Below, in pieces: positions 38,209 to 50,164 of a stretch of DNA of 64,000 bases. The notes beneath the pieces are model-generated. The model worked only from the letters and a program-made list of their open reading frames with translations. It was not told where the DNA came from and did no database searches. Origin of the DNA: Cyanophora paradoxa CCMP329 (Eukaryota; Plantae; Glaucophyta); contig QPMI01000198.1 of the NCBI GenBank assembly GCA_004431415.1, positions 82,740 through 146,739 of the forward strand. Reading direction: 5' to 3'. The first letter of the stretch is position 1; each line of letters starts with the position of its first letter. The translations under genes and the position numbers were made by a program.

Positions 38209-40201
38209 TAAGCAGTTGCACACTTCCAAAGGCCACGCTACGGGCGCGCCTGCATGACCCAGGGGTGACGGGGGAGGACGGGCGCCCCGGGGCCCGAGCC
38301 GTCCGTCGCGCCCGTCCCCTCGGGCGTGGAGCCGGCGAGGACGAGCTGGAAGTTCTTCAGGCTCGCGATCTTTACGCGACCCCCGAAGTCCAGCACGTGC
38401 GACCGCCGCTCTGACGGAGCTGTTAGCGGTGTTTTACGGACGGACGATAGCGACGCACGGGGGTTCCAAATGGGTTGGGCAGTTTGCAGGAGAACGAAGG
38501 GGCCACGCGGCTGGGCCACGCCCTGCGCGGCATGGGCCACACACTGTACGGCCGAAATTAAGACCGAACCTCGGTGTTGACGGCCTCCTTGAGGCGATCG
38601 ATAAGGCCCGGTTGGCCGGCGGGGCGGCACGCGTGCTCCTCCCGCCGCCCGTCCTCGTGCACCTGCAGGGGAAGGCTTCAGGTTCGATCCGGGACGGAAC
38701 CATGAGGACGCACGACGGGGATGAGGACGTGCATGCAGCGCGGCTCGCGCGCCCGCGCGAAGAGCGGCACCTTGTGCTCCTTCTGCTCCCCGGGCTTCAG
38801 ATCCCTGTGGGCGACCGCAGAGCGCCGCGTGCGGGCGGACGAAGTGGATGGCGGCGAGCTCGTGGCGGCGGGAGCCGGCCTCGTCGCCGTCGTCGTCCCC
38901 CTCCTCCCCCCCCGCCCGCCGCTCCCCGCGGTCGTACAGCACGAAGTCCGTGCACACCGCGTTCAGCACCCTGCGGTCCCGTTCGACAAACGATTCCAGA
39001 ACGCAGAGCTTCGGCCGCACCGCATCTTCCCCATATACGACTCCGTCGACGACTTGCTCTTGCTCTTCGTCCTGCTGAAAGGTTAATCCAGCGCGGCGAA
39101 GCCGGAAAGGCACTACACACTTTTCGGTGAAGAAGGGATACGTCGCCTGCTTGTCGAGCTTCTTGCGCCTGCAGAAAGAGTGAGAAGGGCGTCGTGAATT
39201 AAGAGATCGCCGCGCGCACTTGACGTGGAGGAGGAGGCGGCGGCTGTCGTCGGGGAAGAGCTGGAAGGACGGGAAGAGCTTCTGCGCTCAGCGGTTAAGC
39301 GGTCGCTTCTTTGGGGGGAGGAAATTCACGGCACCTTCACGAGCGGGGCGTACTTTCGGATCATCATGCTCTGCACCGTCTCGCCCTTCGGCACGGGCCT
39401 ACCGAGCGGAGTCAGACGCGGCGAAAGAGCCCTGACGTTCGACGACGGACCGCAGCAGCCACTCCCGCAGAGCAGCCTGGTTGTTGGCTTGGGGGAATGC
39501 GGACAGGACGAGCGGGGGCCCCGCAGCAGCGCCTCCTGAAGGCGCGCCCGCATCCGCTACCGGGACGTGCCCGCTGCGTTCCGTCTCGTCCGCCTCGTCG
39601 GCGCCGCCGTCATCGCCGTCCCCGACATCGGCCTCGTCCGAGCCCGGCTCCTGGTCTTGCGGGGCGGGCCGCGCAGTCGCTGCGGCGGAGTTAAGACTCG
39701 CCTAGCAAAGCGCAGCTGGGGGCGGCACCGCGGTGCGCTTGGGTGGCCCGGGCTGCAGGCTGCGTCACTGCGGCGGGCGCGGGTACGGCGCGGGCGTGCG
39801 CCTGCGGCCGCATCAACGCGAGACAAACGAGATCTTCGGAAGCTTACCTGCGGCGGGGGCGCAGTGGGTTCCTCATGCTCCACTGGCTGCCTCCCCTGCT
39901 GCGTCTGCGTGCGCTGCTGCGGCTGCTGCCGCGTGGGCTGGGTGAAGTCCACGTCTTTGTTCACCCAGCCGAGGTCGCTGCGTCGGCGAGCGGCCTCCAG
40001 GATCTCGTCATCGTCGTCGCTATCATCGTCCTCGTCTTCGAAGTTCCCGTCCAGGCGCGTGACGGCGGAGCTTGCCGCAACGGGCTCGCGCACGCCAGGC
40101 TGGCTCAGTGTGCGCTCCACGCGGCGCGCTGGGGCAAGATCTGCGTCCGCCATCGAGCTCGCGCGCTGCATGCCCGCCGAGGGTGGCCGCCTCGTCGCCA
40201 T
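38072..40201 (-). CDS. Tubby-like protein (C-terminal Tub domain); multi-exon
   Basis: Tub signatures TDFVLYDRG, RHELAAIHF, QTAQPIWNP, HVLDFGGRVKIASLKNFQLV and QFGKTSSNEFALDFRFPLCPLQAMGIALTTM. Stop TAG at 38072-38074; ATG at 40201 (MATRRPPSAG..) with an acidic disordered N-terminus. Confidence 0.88.
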
Positions 40202-40415
40202 CTTAACGACAAAACCCGGCAAAAAAACGCGGCGGGTACACGGGGGTCGGCGTGGTTCGAAAACCCCGCAGAACCACGTCCCCCGCGCACTCAGTGGTGG
40301 TGCTGAACAAAGCGGGAGGACTCTGCCGGCTCGCTGCTGCCGCTCGCTGCCGGAGCGTCGAGTTCGCCGCTGCCGCGCCCCAGCGCTCTCCGGCGCCAGC
40401 TAGGCGCCACGAGGC

Positions 40416-41914
40416 ATGGCAAGCAGCGGCATCTCGTGCCTCTCCTTTGCCCAGCGTGAGGATGCGGAGAACCTGCCGCCCCTGCCGACCCCGCCCGGCG
40501 GAGTGTCGCGCCGTCGCCCCGCCGGCTCCCCCTCGCTCTCTGATCGCGTCCTGAACTTCTTCGAAAGGTGTGCTGTACCACCCGCTGCCGCCCGACGCGA
40601 CGAGACTGAGTGCGGTGCCAGCATCCCGAAGCTTCTGGCGGAAGGCGACGCCAGCGGATCATTCCTCTGCCCTGCCGGCATCGCGCGCGCTCCGCTCTGT
40701 AGGTGCGCCGACACCCTCTTCCGGCTGCTCGCGCTCACGCGGCGGCGCCAGTCTCGAGTGGCCGTGCAACGATCCGCATGCTTACAATCGAGAGCTGGAG
40801 CCGCGCGCGTCCCCTGCGCCTTCTTTTACAGACTGCGATGCGGTACATCTGCGAATAAGAGTGCGTCTTCTTGCCAAGTTGATTGAGACAGGATTCCTGC
40901 AGCCGACGCGTGGCGCAGACCCGGACGCTGCTCTCCACTGTCGGCGCCGGCCTCGCATCGACGAGGGCAGCGCTCGGCGAGCTCGGCTTCTTCTCGCACT
41001 TCGACGGAGCGTCGCTTCCGCAGCTCGACTGGACGCAGGCGGAGGGCCGGCCCCTGCCGCAGCTCATCGAGGGCGTGCGGGGTCTGCAGAAGGAGCTCCG
41101 CTTCCTGCGGGTGGCCGTCACCGGTGTCAGCCCCTGCGGAGAGAGCGCGCAGAGCGCGGAGGCTGCGCTCGAGGATGCGGTCCTGGAGCTGGTGCCTGTG
41201 ATCTTGTCTGTGTCCGCAAGCTGCCTGCCTCGCACTCACGGTTGCTCCGCAGGCCGAGGCCCAGCAGCTTGCGGAAGCGACGGATGATGAGGCGGCGCGA
41301 GTACAGTCGCAGCGATTGCGCCTCGCCGCCATCGAGCGCATCCTCGCATCTCCTTCGAAGGGTGCGCTCGCTCATTTCGAGGCCAACCCGTCCTGAGCCT
41401 TCAGCAGACCACGGCCCCGTCGCTCTATCGACCCGCCTCGAAGCCCGCCGATGGTGCCACCTCGCCGAGACCGTGCGCGCTCCTGCCCGACGCCTTTCTC
41501 TGTGACTTCAACAAAGCATGCAGGTCCTTCGCCGAGGCCGGGCCCTTGCGCAAGCAGGCCCCGCCTGCTTCACTTCCGCGCCCTTTTTGTACCCCCTCGT
41601 CTCCTGCCCCGCCCTCGCCCTCTCAGAGGCCCCGTTCTTTGCCGGTGAGCTCCCCGCGTGCCGCGCCGCCTCCCAGCCCTCACGAGCAAGCAGAGCTCGT
41701 GCCGCACGCCGCGTCCGCCGAGCTCTGCCTCGCCATCTTCGTCCTGCACCACTGGCTGCTTGCCCAGGGGCCCGGCTTCGACCTGCTCGTGCCGGCGGCG
41801 GTGCCGCTCACCCCGCGGCTGGCGGCGATGCACGAGCTGCTCCGCATGGCCGTCGACGAGCTCGACAGGCGGTCCGCCCCCGGCTCCCAGCTCGCCCCCT
41901 CGCGCCGGAGCTGA
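40416..41914 (+). CDS. Hypothetical multi-exon helical protein
   Basis: ATG 40416, divergent from Tubby. Short introns link helical-looking exons (LPQLIEGVRGLQKELRFLR; ELCLAIFVLHHWLL; RLAAMHELLRMAVDELDRR) to TGA 41914. Confidence 0.5.
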
Positions 41915-42263
41915 GCCCTCTGAATTGAGTCCCAGACGCTCCCGCCACTTCACCGACGTCCCGCGGGTCTGAATGTTTCCCCTCCCCTCCCCTGATTAGC
42001 CTCTTGAATTTAAAAACCCCCCTCTTTAGCTTTCTCCCCCCTCCTCCCCCTCCCCCATCGCCACATCCCCACCCCCTGAAAACCCCTCACCCCTCTCCCC
42101 CTCCCCGAGTTCAACGTCTCACTTCAACTGCAGAAATCTCTGCCCAGCGCCGCGTTACAAGATCGCATCCGCGGAATCGCAGGCCGGTCCCAGTCCAGGG
42201 TGATTTCTGAATCAAACCAGCGCGCGAATCGAAAGCTCAGATCACAGTGCTCCCCAGGACGCG

Positions 42264-42744
42264 ATGGCGGAGGTCGAAGCACAGCGACGACTCTGGCTCC
42301 AGTCCGAGGCCGCCGCCGCCGCGTCGGGGCCCCGCGACCCCCGTGCGTCAGAATTCGTTGCGGATGTCTGATTCAATCTCTTAATGCTGTCGGTGCAGTC
42401 GGGTGGCGCGGCTCGCAGGCAGCGGCGGCAGGGGCGTGCTTTCGGGACAGAGGCACGGGCCTCCTACGCCGCTCCATCCTCACCTCGCTTGCAGCGCTCC
42501 GCGTGCGCTCATGTTGCGCGCTTTCGTCCCCGTCGGCTCACTCTTCGTTTTTCTCACAGGACTCGGATCCCGAGGCGTTGCGCGTCATCAGCCAGCACGG
42601 CCCTCAGGCGCTTCCCTGCCTCGCCGTGCACGGAAAGGTCGGCTGCCGTTCCAGTTCTGTCGACTGCACCCGCTGATGTGCGCGCAGAGGTTCCTCGACA
42701 TTGTGGCTGCGTATGTAGGCCAGTTTGAAGAAAGTAGGCCATGA
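42264..42744 (+). CDS. Small hypothetical spliced ORF or gene fragment
   Basis: ATG 42264 and plausible short introns join MAEVEAQRRLWLQ.., DSDPEALRVISQHG.. and RFLDIVAAYVGQFEESRP*. Confidence 0.3.
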
Positions 42745-42836
42745 GATAATTGTCGGCGGCGCTTCAGTAATGATCAGTGGCTGAGTGACTGATCATGGTC
42801 GTGTCTGGCCCGCAGCTTAAGGGGGCAGTTAAGCCT

Positions 42837-42925
42837 GGGGGGGGGGGGGGGGGGGGGGGGGGAGGAGGAGGAGGAGGAGAGGGGGGGGGGCCGGAGGGGG
42901 GGACTGCGGCCGGGGGGGCCGGGGG
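42837..42925 (+). repeat. Poly-G / (GGA)n tract with G-quadruplex potential
   Basis: About 26 consecutive G followed by (GGA)n and further G-runs. Confidence 0.8.
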
Positions 42926-43264
42926 AGCTTCAATTTGGGCTCGGCGGGGCCCATCACCATCGCGCCGCGGCGAGTCCGGGCCCGATCCACATGGCCGCTG
43001 CCGGCCGGGGGCGGGGTCCGGATCCTGGACTCGGGCCCGGGGGATTCGGAGATCTAGAGCCCTCGGAGCTTTGAATTTTGCACTGGCGATATCGATCATC
43101 GATATCCCGGAGTCCGATGCCCGGAGGCCGGGGCCATGATATCGATGGCCGCGGGCCCATCCTGGCAGGGCCATGGGCCAGGTTCAGCGGTCTTCAGACC
43201 GTCGGACTCTCAGAGTCTGCCAAGCTGACTCAGGCTCTAGATCGATATCTATAGCTACGTATAC

Positions 43265-44097
43265 ATCTTCAGATTCGCCGCGGCGCCGAGGTTAAATTCC
43301 CTTCCCCGGACCCAACTGACGCGCACGGCAAGTCAGTGGCCCTTTATTTCAAATCTTCATGATCAGAACCTTAGACTCAGTGTGACTCGGATCCGGAAGG
43401 CCTTGAAGCCTTGATCATGACCTAGGCCTTCATGATCATGATCATGATGCCAAGACTCGAGGATGATGCCACGGTCAGGGCTGGGCCATGATGATCATGC
43501 CATGGCCATGATGAACTTTCGGAAGGCCGGCCGGCGGGCCGCCGGGCTTCCGAAGTTCAAGGCTTCAGGCTTGGAACTCATCCCGGAGTCCGGGCCCTGC
43601 CACTGGGCCAGGCTGCTGATCATGATGTGCTGGCCATGGATCGCCGAGTCGTGATCCAATGTTCCGACCGTCGGACTCGGGCGACGATCGCGATCGCGAC
43701 TCGGCGAGTAGACCGATATCATCGCCGAGTCGGATCACTGTCAGGCCCTGACTCAGTGAGGCCCACCCGGTCACGGGTGACGGGAGGCAATTGCAACCTA
43801 CCAGGCCAGGCTCGGCCCTGGCCCAGTGGCAGGTTGAACCCCATCATGGCATGGTGCCACGGCGAACGTCGGACCTAGCCTCGGCTTAGCCTAGGCCTCA
43901 GGGCCTCGTCTAGGGCCCTAGGCCGGTCAGGACAAGCAGGGGGGCTCCGCCCCCCCGCACCCCCCCAGTGTTTTTTTGGGTTCTTTGATTTCTTGTGGTT
44001 TTTATTCTTCTTCTTATTATTATTAAAAGGGCCACTGACTTGCCGCGCGCGTCAGTTGGGTCCGGGGAAGGGCATTTAACCTCGGCGAATCCAAGAT
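43265..44097. mobile_element. MITE-like non-autonomous element bounded by 62-bp (to ~80-bp) inverted repeats
   Basis: 43284-43345 (CGCCGAGGTTAAATTCCCTTCCCCGGACCCAACTGACGCGCACGGCAAGTCAGTGGCCCTTT) is the reverse complement of 44026-44087 with 2 mismatches. The interior is non-coding and palindrome-rich. No clear TSD. Confidence 0.65.
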
Positions 44098-45309
44098 CTA
44101 GATGCGCGCATGCAGAGGGCAGCTGCAGGGAATTAAACTAGCGCTTAATTAAGCTTAAGAAGGCGCGCACACGGTGGCCGGGCGAGCCGCTGGGCCGGCT
44201 CCGGCTGAGGCTGGCCATGCCAGGCGAGCTCAGCGGCTGCAGCTGTCCTCGCGATCGAGGCGAGCTGTCCTCTTAGAGGTAGGCCTCATGATCGGGGCCT
44301 AGCGAGCTAGCTCTAGCTATGTAAGGCGCGGGCCTTGAGAAGGGGGAGGGAACCTTGTCTGGCCATGGACGTGCTCCAGCTCCTGCAGCTGCCAGGCTGC
44401 GCATGCCCCGTGGCCGTCGCGCGCGGAGGCGTGGCAGGTGCACGAGTGCATGCGCACGAGTGCGCATGTGCTGCGGGTGCACGTGCGTCACGGCGTGGCT
44501 ACATAGCTAGGGGCTGGCCGGCGCCTCGGCCTCCGCGCGATCTGGGCGCGGGCACGGGGACGCTGCTCAAGCTCACGTTCCGCTCAAAAAGCGGCGCAGC
44601 GGGCCAGCTCATGATCAGCGGCGCCGGCTGCATGCGCAGCGCTAGCAGGCATGCGCATCGCGCGCGCGCGGGGGCTCTGCGTCGCGCAGCACGCGCGCCG
44701 CGCTGGCATCGGCTTGTTGGAAGTGGCATAGCCCGCCAAGTGCGGCCGGCTTGCGGCCGGCTTGTGCAATTGCGTCGGGGCGCGGTTGGCGCGGGTGAAG
44801 CGTGCGCGGCTGGCGCGGCTAGCCGCTGAGCCACAGCAAGCTGCCGCGCGGGCGAGAGGCGTAACCATTGTTGAGCCGAGCCGAGCTGCGGCGCCCGGGG
44901 GAGAAAGCGGCCGGGGGTACTTTAAGAGGTTTTCTCAGGGTAAGTTCGCACTCTCCAATGTGATTGGCTAGCGCGCGCGGCGTCCTCCCACGCGACCGCG
45001 TTCGCGCCCGGCCTCGCTCTCGCAGTACGGAATGTCGAACATGATGCGCGCAACGACCTCGAACTGGTCTGGCCCGTATATCTGCTCCCTGTGCGTCGCT
45101 GGACCCATTTTTGTCCCGGGTGTTGGTGCCTGTTCCTGGATCACCCTTTGGTCGGACGGGACCGGGAGACATGGTTTCGGGGTCCCCTGGGGATGCGCTT
45201 TCAGGGTGTACCGCGCGGCCCCGGTTTTGCGGAGGTCGGGGAAATGGGATTTGGGGTAGGGTTGGACCCAAGGGACAGGGACAGGGGAAGTGTTTTACCC
45301 TTCCCCAAT

Positions 45310-46000
45310 TAATTAGAATAAAGAATGAGACTGAAGTACTAAAATTCTGAAGACAGAATAGAAGAAGCTGAACTGAACATAACTTAGTAAAGAACAGAAC
45401 AGATCTGAGTGCATGAAAGATGTAGAAATTAAACACTGATAATGTAATCATGAAACAATGCACATGCACCAAATGCAATGTATTCCAAAGCTAGGCTTCA
45501 TCATAGGTTGGATTTGTCATTCAGCACCACATTACAGTTTACAGAAACTGTCTCACCATGACGCCTACCATGAATCCTAGGATTGGCACTGAGGCACTTA
45601 CATCTTTGGAAAATAGGAACCGAAGCTTTGAGTGCTGGAGGAAGCAGTGAAGCTAGAACTACAGTAGAGAACAACAGCTGACAGGGATAAAGAGGGAGAG
45701 GAAGTGGGTGGGCAGAACACCGTGCTACTACTGGCCCCGATAAGGCCAGCCTGGTCTACCAGCGGGAGGATCACGCCTCCACCATAGCGAGTAGCTCCAG
45801 CGCGCGCCCAGTCCGCCCGCCTCCCGTCTCTCGATCCCAAGGCTGCTGCGCCCCGCTGCAGGTGCAACACCATCCTAAAAGAGGACCGGAAACCGGAGCT
45901 CGTGATCATGAGAGCCCGGGTGAAAACCGGTGGGCGCACAGCGCCGCCAGCCGCAGCCAGCGGTCTGTGCTCCTCGGCCGAGAGATACCTCCTCCAGTTG
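45310..46000 (+). pseudogene. Decayed, CpG-depleted coding relic of unknown origin
   Basis: A reading frame such as K*EPKL*VLEEAVKLELQ*RTTADRDKEGEEVGG..PPP*RVAP is interrupted only by TAG/TGA stops explicable as CAG/CGA C>T transitions. The region is AT-rich and CpG-poor relative to its flanks. Confidence 0.35.
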
Positions 46001-46713
46001 GCGCGCGCACACGCGCGTGGGGTCCGCTGCGGCGGGGGTTGGGAGGCCCCGGGCCGCCCGCCCGAGTGCTCAGAAGCACATCGCCTCGCCAGGAATCCAA
46101 GCATCTGTGCGGCCGCGACGCCCAAGGCCGCGACGCGGGCGTGCAATCACACGACCGACGATCATCTGCGCGGGCGCAACACAGGTCGCCGGCCCCATAG
46201 CCGCGGGCGGCCGATCGCTGCCGCAGAGCTAGGCTTCATCATTTATGTTTTGTCATGAAACATAGTGCTTTGCAATTGGTGATCATGATCATGATCAATA
46301 ATCATAGTGCATGCATCATGATCAATATATATATACACTGTGACAAATACCATCTAGAAAAGAATGTTGTTTATTTTGCGAGATAAAAAATTGCAAGTAC
46401 AAGCCCTTTTGCTTTTCTGTTTTGGAAATTTAGAGGGCCGACCGGCACCGCACCTCTTTTGCATCCGAGTGTTTCGTGCATGCACTAACTGCATTTGCGT
46501 GTTGGTGCGGCGCGAACCCAAATTATCGAGGTTGCCGCCTCCAGCCATTTCCATACATGGCCAAGTTTGGATTTTTTTTGTTGGCGCGGCAAGCTCGCTC
46601 ATGATGCAGCATTCAGAGGGGTATGCCCCCGTATGTACACTCGCGCGGCGGGCTCTGTTCCTGCTCCTGTCGCGCTGGGGGCGGGCAGGTCGCCGACGGC
46701 GTCCGGCACGCTT

Positions 46714-47681
46714 TCACTCGTCCGTCCCGCGGATCTTTTTGCGGAGCTGCATGTCCTTGGGCTGGATTGTGATGCTGCGCGCCCCCGGCGGTTATGTGCC
46801 CCTGTACGGGGCGCTACAGAGTTTTGGAGGGGGTGGAATATTAATGGGCGGCATATATACCGCTTGGCATGGATCGCGAGGAGGTTGCTCCCCTCGAACG
46901 TCTCGATGGCGTAACTGCGTCTCGACGATCAGTTGCAGAGGCGGCGTTCTATGAACTTGCAAATTTCGCGAACTGCTCAGTGGCCTCGCGGAGAGCGAGG
47001 ACGGCCTGCCGGCACCAGCGAAGAGCGGTGGTGTCGGTCAGCCTCGCCTCGCGAAGCTCCTTCAGGACATCCTCGGTGATCTCCTTGACGGTGCGGGTGA
47101 ATGGGGCGAGCGCAATGATGGGTTCGGTTCGCTTCTGCCACTTGCGAATCTCCCTGCGAGCGGTGGATTCACTGAGCCTCTGATAGTGTTTATTGCACTT
47201 GAGACAACATCAACGTACCGGAGGGCAACCGTGCCTCCGCAAAGGCGTGCGCGGTTATAAACAAATTTAAATCAGATAGAGAAACATTATGAATGATAGT
47301 CACTTCAAAAGGCTTTAAGATAGTAAGATCTAGAAAAAACGTTAATTTAGAAAAAACGTTAATTAAAATATAAGATCTAGAAATGATAGTTGAATTCCGA
47401 CTCGGCGAAGTTCGAAATCACTGACTAGAGTCACTTTAGTCACTTTAAAGTTAACCCTGCTATAGCGCTAGCTAGGCCTAGGTTCGCATACTGATCATGA
47501 ATAAATATAAAAGTGAACTCGGACCTGGACGGTAACGGTGTGGCTTCTTGACGCCTCCTGCTGCAGGAGCCGCTCGACGGGCCGCCTTTGATGCGAGCTT
47601 CCGCTCGCCCATGTTTGCGAATCGCTTCCGCGGGGCCTTGCCCCCCGTGCTCTTTTGCCCCGTGTGCTTTGTCCGTGCCAT
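46714..47681 (-). CDS. Divergent histone H3 variant, 155 aa (H3-like tail with K27R/S28A; cenH3-like histone fold)
   Basis: Exons 47681-47525, 47234-47219, 47153-46974, 46914-46861 and 46774-46714 splice in frame to [155 protein letters not shown]. All four introns are GT-AG; the intron 1 acceptor is a weak GAG. Confidence 0.9.
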
Positions 47682-47820
47682 CTGGCTATAGCTTGATCGG
47701 GCCGAAAGGCCCTGCGGCCTTGCCGGAGTGCGCACACGTGGGTGCTCTTATTTATATATTTGTATACACATGGAGTTTTTGCGTCGTGCATTTCAGATTC
47801 AGAGTCAAGAACTTCGGAAA

Positions 47821-49852
47821 TCAAGGGGCGTCGGACTCGGATTTCGAGCCGTCGGCGTCCGAGGCCCCGGGCCCGGCCGCCTTGATGCGAAAGACGTTCT
47901 TCGGCATGCGAACGAGCGGCTCGCCCTTGCTGTCGACGAGCTTCTTCACGCGCTCATCGAGCCGCTTCTCGATCTCCTCGAGCGCCGCGTCGTCGGCGCG
48001 CTGCAGGTTGGGAGAAAGGCGACAAAGTCCGCCGGGCTGACGCCGTCGCCCACCACGCGCGCGAGGCCCGGGAGGCGCTGCAGGACGCGGGCGCAGGCGG
48101 CCAGGTCCGAGTAGGCCTTGGCGCACACCGAGCGCTCCTCCAGGCGGAGGCCGCAGGCCTCGAGGATGTGGTTGTAGCGCGGCTCGACGCGGTCCCGCCG
48201 AAAGTAGCCCCAGCTGCGGGGTTCCGCCCGTTGGCCTCGACGTAGCGCTCGTACGCCCGAGGATGCCCGTCGAGGCGAGGAGGAGGCAGCGGATCCGCTC
48301 CCGCCCGCGTGCTGGGCCCGCAGGAGGAGGGCCCGCCGCGCCGCGGGGTCCCCGTCGAGCTGGATCCCGACGAGGGCGGCGTCGACGCCGCGCCGCAGCC
48401 CCCGCTCGAGCTCACGGAGGGAGAGAGTCCCCTCGCTCCTCTCCGAGACCGCCTCTTCCCCTCGCCGCCCTCGCCGCCACCGCTGCCGCCGCCGCCGCCG
48501 CCGCCGCCCTCGTGCTCCGCGTCCGCATCCGAGCCCGAGTCCGACGTCCCCTCGCCGTCCCGATCGCGATCGGCCGCCTCGAGCTGGGTCTCGAACTCGG
48601 CCCGCTTCTGCTCCTCCCACTCGTTCATCGGCCCGTCTTCGCCGGCGGGCTCGCCTCCGCCTCCACCGCCGCCGCCCGCGCCGGGGGCCTCGGTCTCCTC
48701 GCCCTCGCCCTCGCCCTCGCCCGCGCCCTCCTCGTCGTCCTCCTCGTCAAAGTCCTCGCGCTTGCACGTGTAGGCGTCGTAGAGGATGCGCTGCAGCTTC
48801 TCGCTTTCCCACGGCGGCCGCCGCTCCGACGAGGCGGGGCGGCGCTGCCGCTTGGCCGGCGGGCCCTTGGGCGCCTCGATGGCCAGCGGCGGCTCCTCGT
48901 CCTCGAGCTCGTCCTTGTCCTGGGCGGCGGCGGGGGCCATGCGCCTCGCGCGCGTCGCCCGGGCCGCGGCTGCCGGCGCCGGCGCCGGAGCTCCCTTGGC
49001 CGCCGACGCCGAGCTCCCCTCGGCCGCCGTCGAGGCCTGCGAGGCCCCGGCGCGCCCCGAGCGGCGGGGCGTCGACGCGTTCGAGTCGGTCCCGCCCTTG
49101 TGCGCGGCCGCGGGCTGGGCGGCCGCGGGGGAGCCCGCGGCAGTAGGCTCCTGGGAGGCAGACTCGGCCGCTGGCGCCGCCTGTCCCCTGGACGAAGAGG
49201 GCCCCGCCCCGCCGCTCGTCGGGGCGCGCGGCGGCACGAGGCAAGCGCGGCGAGCTGGATCGCGCGCGAGACGCCCTCGGCAGCCGTCCAGGACTCGGGG
49301 CGCTCGGCCTCGTGGACAAAGGCGCGGTAGGCGAGGTAGCCGTCGACGCGCGACGAGGGGACGAGGTGGAGAGGGTCGGGTGCGGCTCGCTGCACGCATT
49401 CTGGAGCATGGGGCACTCGACCTCGCCCTCTTCGTCTCCGGCCGCGCCCGTGGGCGCCAGAACCTGCGCAGAAGGGGACGTCGAGGGGGGCGGGGGGTAC
49501 GGTGGGGGTATGGGCGCGGGGCTGGCACCTTGGGAACGCAGGCGAGGCACACGAGGCCGTGGCGCTGGAGCAGGTGGCCCGTCGGCTCGTCGTTGAGGTC
49601 GATCGCGCGGTCGAGGTCGCCCCCGCCGGCGAGCTCGGCGATGCTCCTGGCCAGGCATGCCGGCACGTACGCCGGCGGGAGGAGCCGCTCCGCAGCGCAG
49701 ACGCTGCACCGGGGGCGCACGTCGAGCTCCAGCCAGGCCGAGATGTACTTGGGGCGGGCGATCCGCACGGGCCGCGCGTCGATCGGCGGGGCCCCCGACG
49801 CTGCCTCCTCCTGGGAGGACGCCGCCTGCTTGCCCTTGGCCTTGGCCCCCAT
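47821..49852 (-). CDS. RING-like zinc-finger protein with long acidic/Gly-rich disordered region; a few frameshifts
   Basis: ATG 49852 (MGAKAKGKQ..). CSVC..C..RHGLVCLACVPK, intron 49528-49464, VLAP..VECPM..C. NLS-like PPAKRQRR, acidic tract, and a helical C-terminus ending ..SESDAP* at 47821. Two to three single-base frameshifts are needed. Confidence 0.55.
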
Positions 49853-50164
49853 CGAGACCGCGGGACCCGTGTTCCCGGTACCCTCCCCGCTCGAGTCGAG
49901 GGGGTACGCAGGCCCTTTCAATCCTGCACGCGGGAATGAGACGGACGGCGTGCGACCGTCGGACGTGCAGCCATTTATGAATTCGGGAGATGCACGCCCC
50001 TCTCGCTTTTCCTTGGTGCGCATGCGCACCTGCGAACCGCGCGGCAGCGTCCAACAGGCCCGCGTGCGCTCGGCCTCTAGATCTGTGCCCGTTAAGGCCG
50101 GTGCGCCTCGCGACTCGTTCTAGCGGCGGCAGGCTTGTACCCCCGTTCACTTCACATGGACCCG

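Noticed and set aside
47478-47735. Truncated histone H3 pseudogene (as the ORF track suggests)
   Set aside because: Four downstream exons complete an uninterrupted histone fold in the correct phases.
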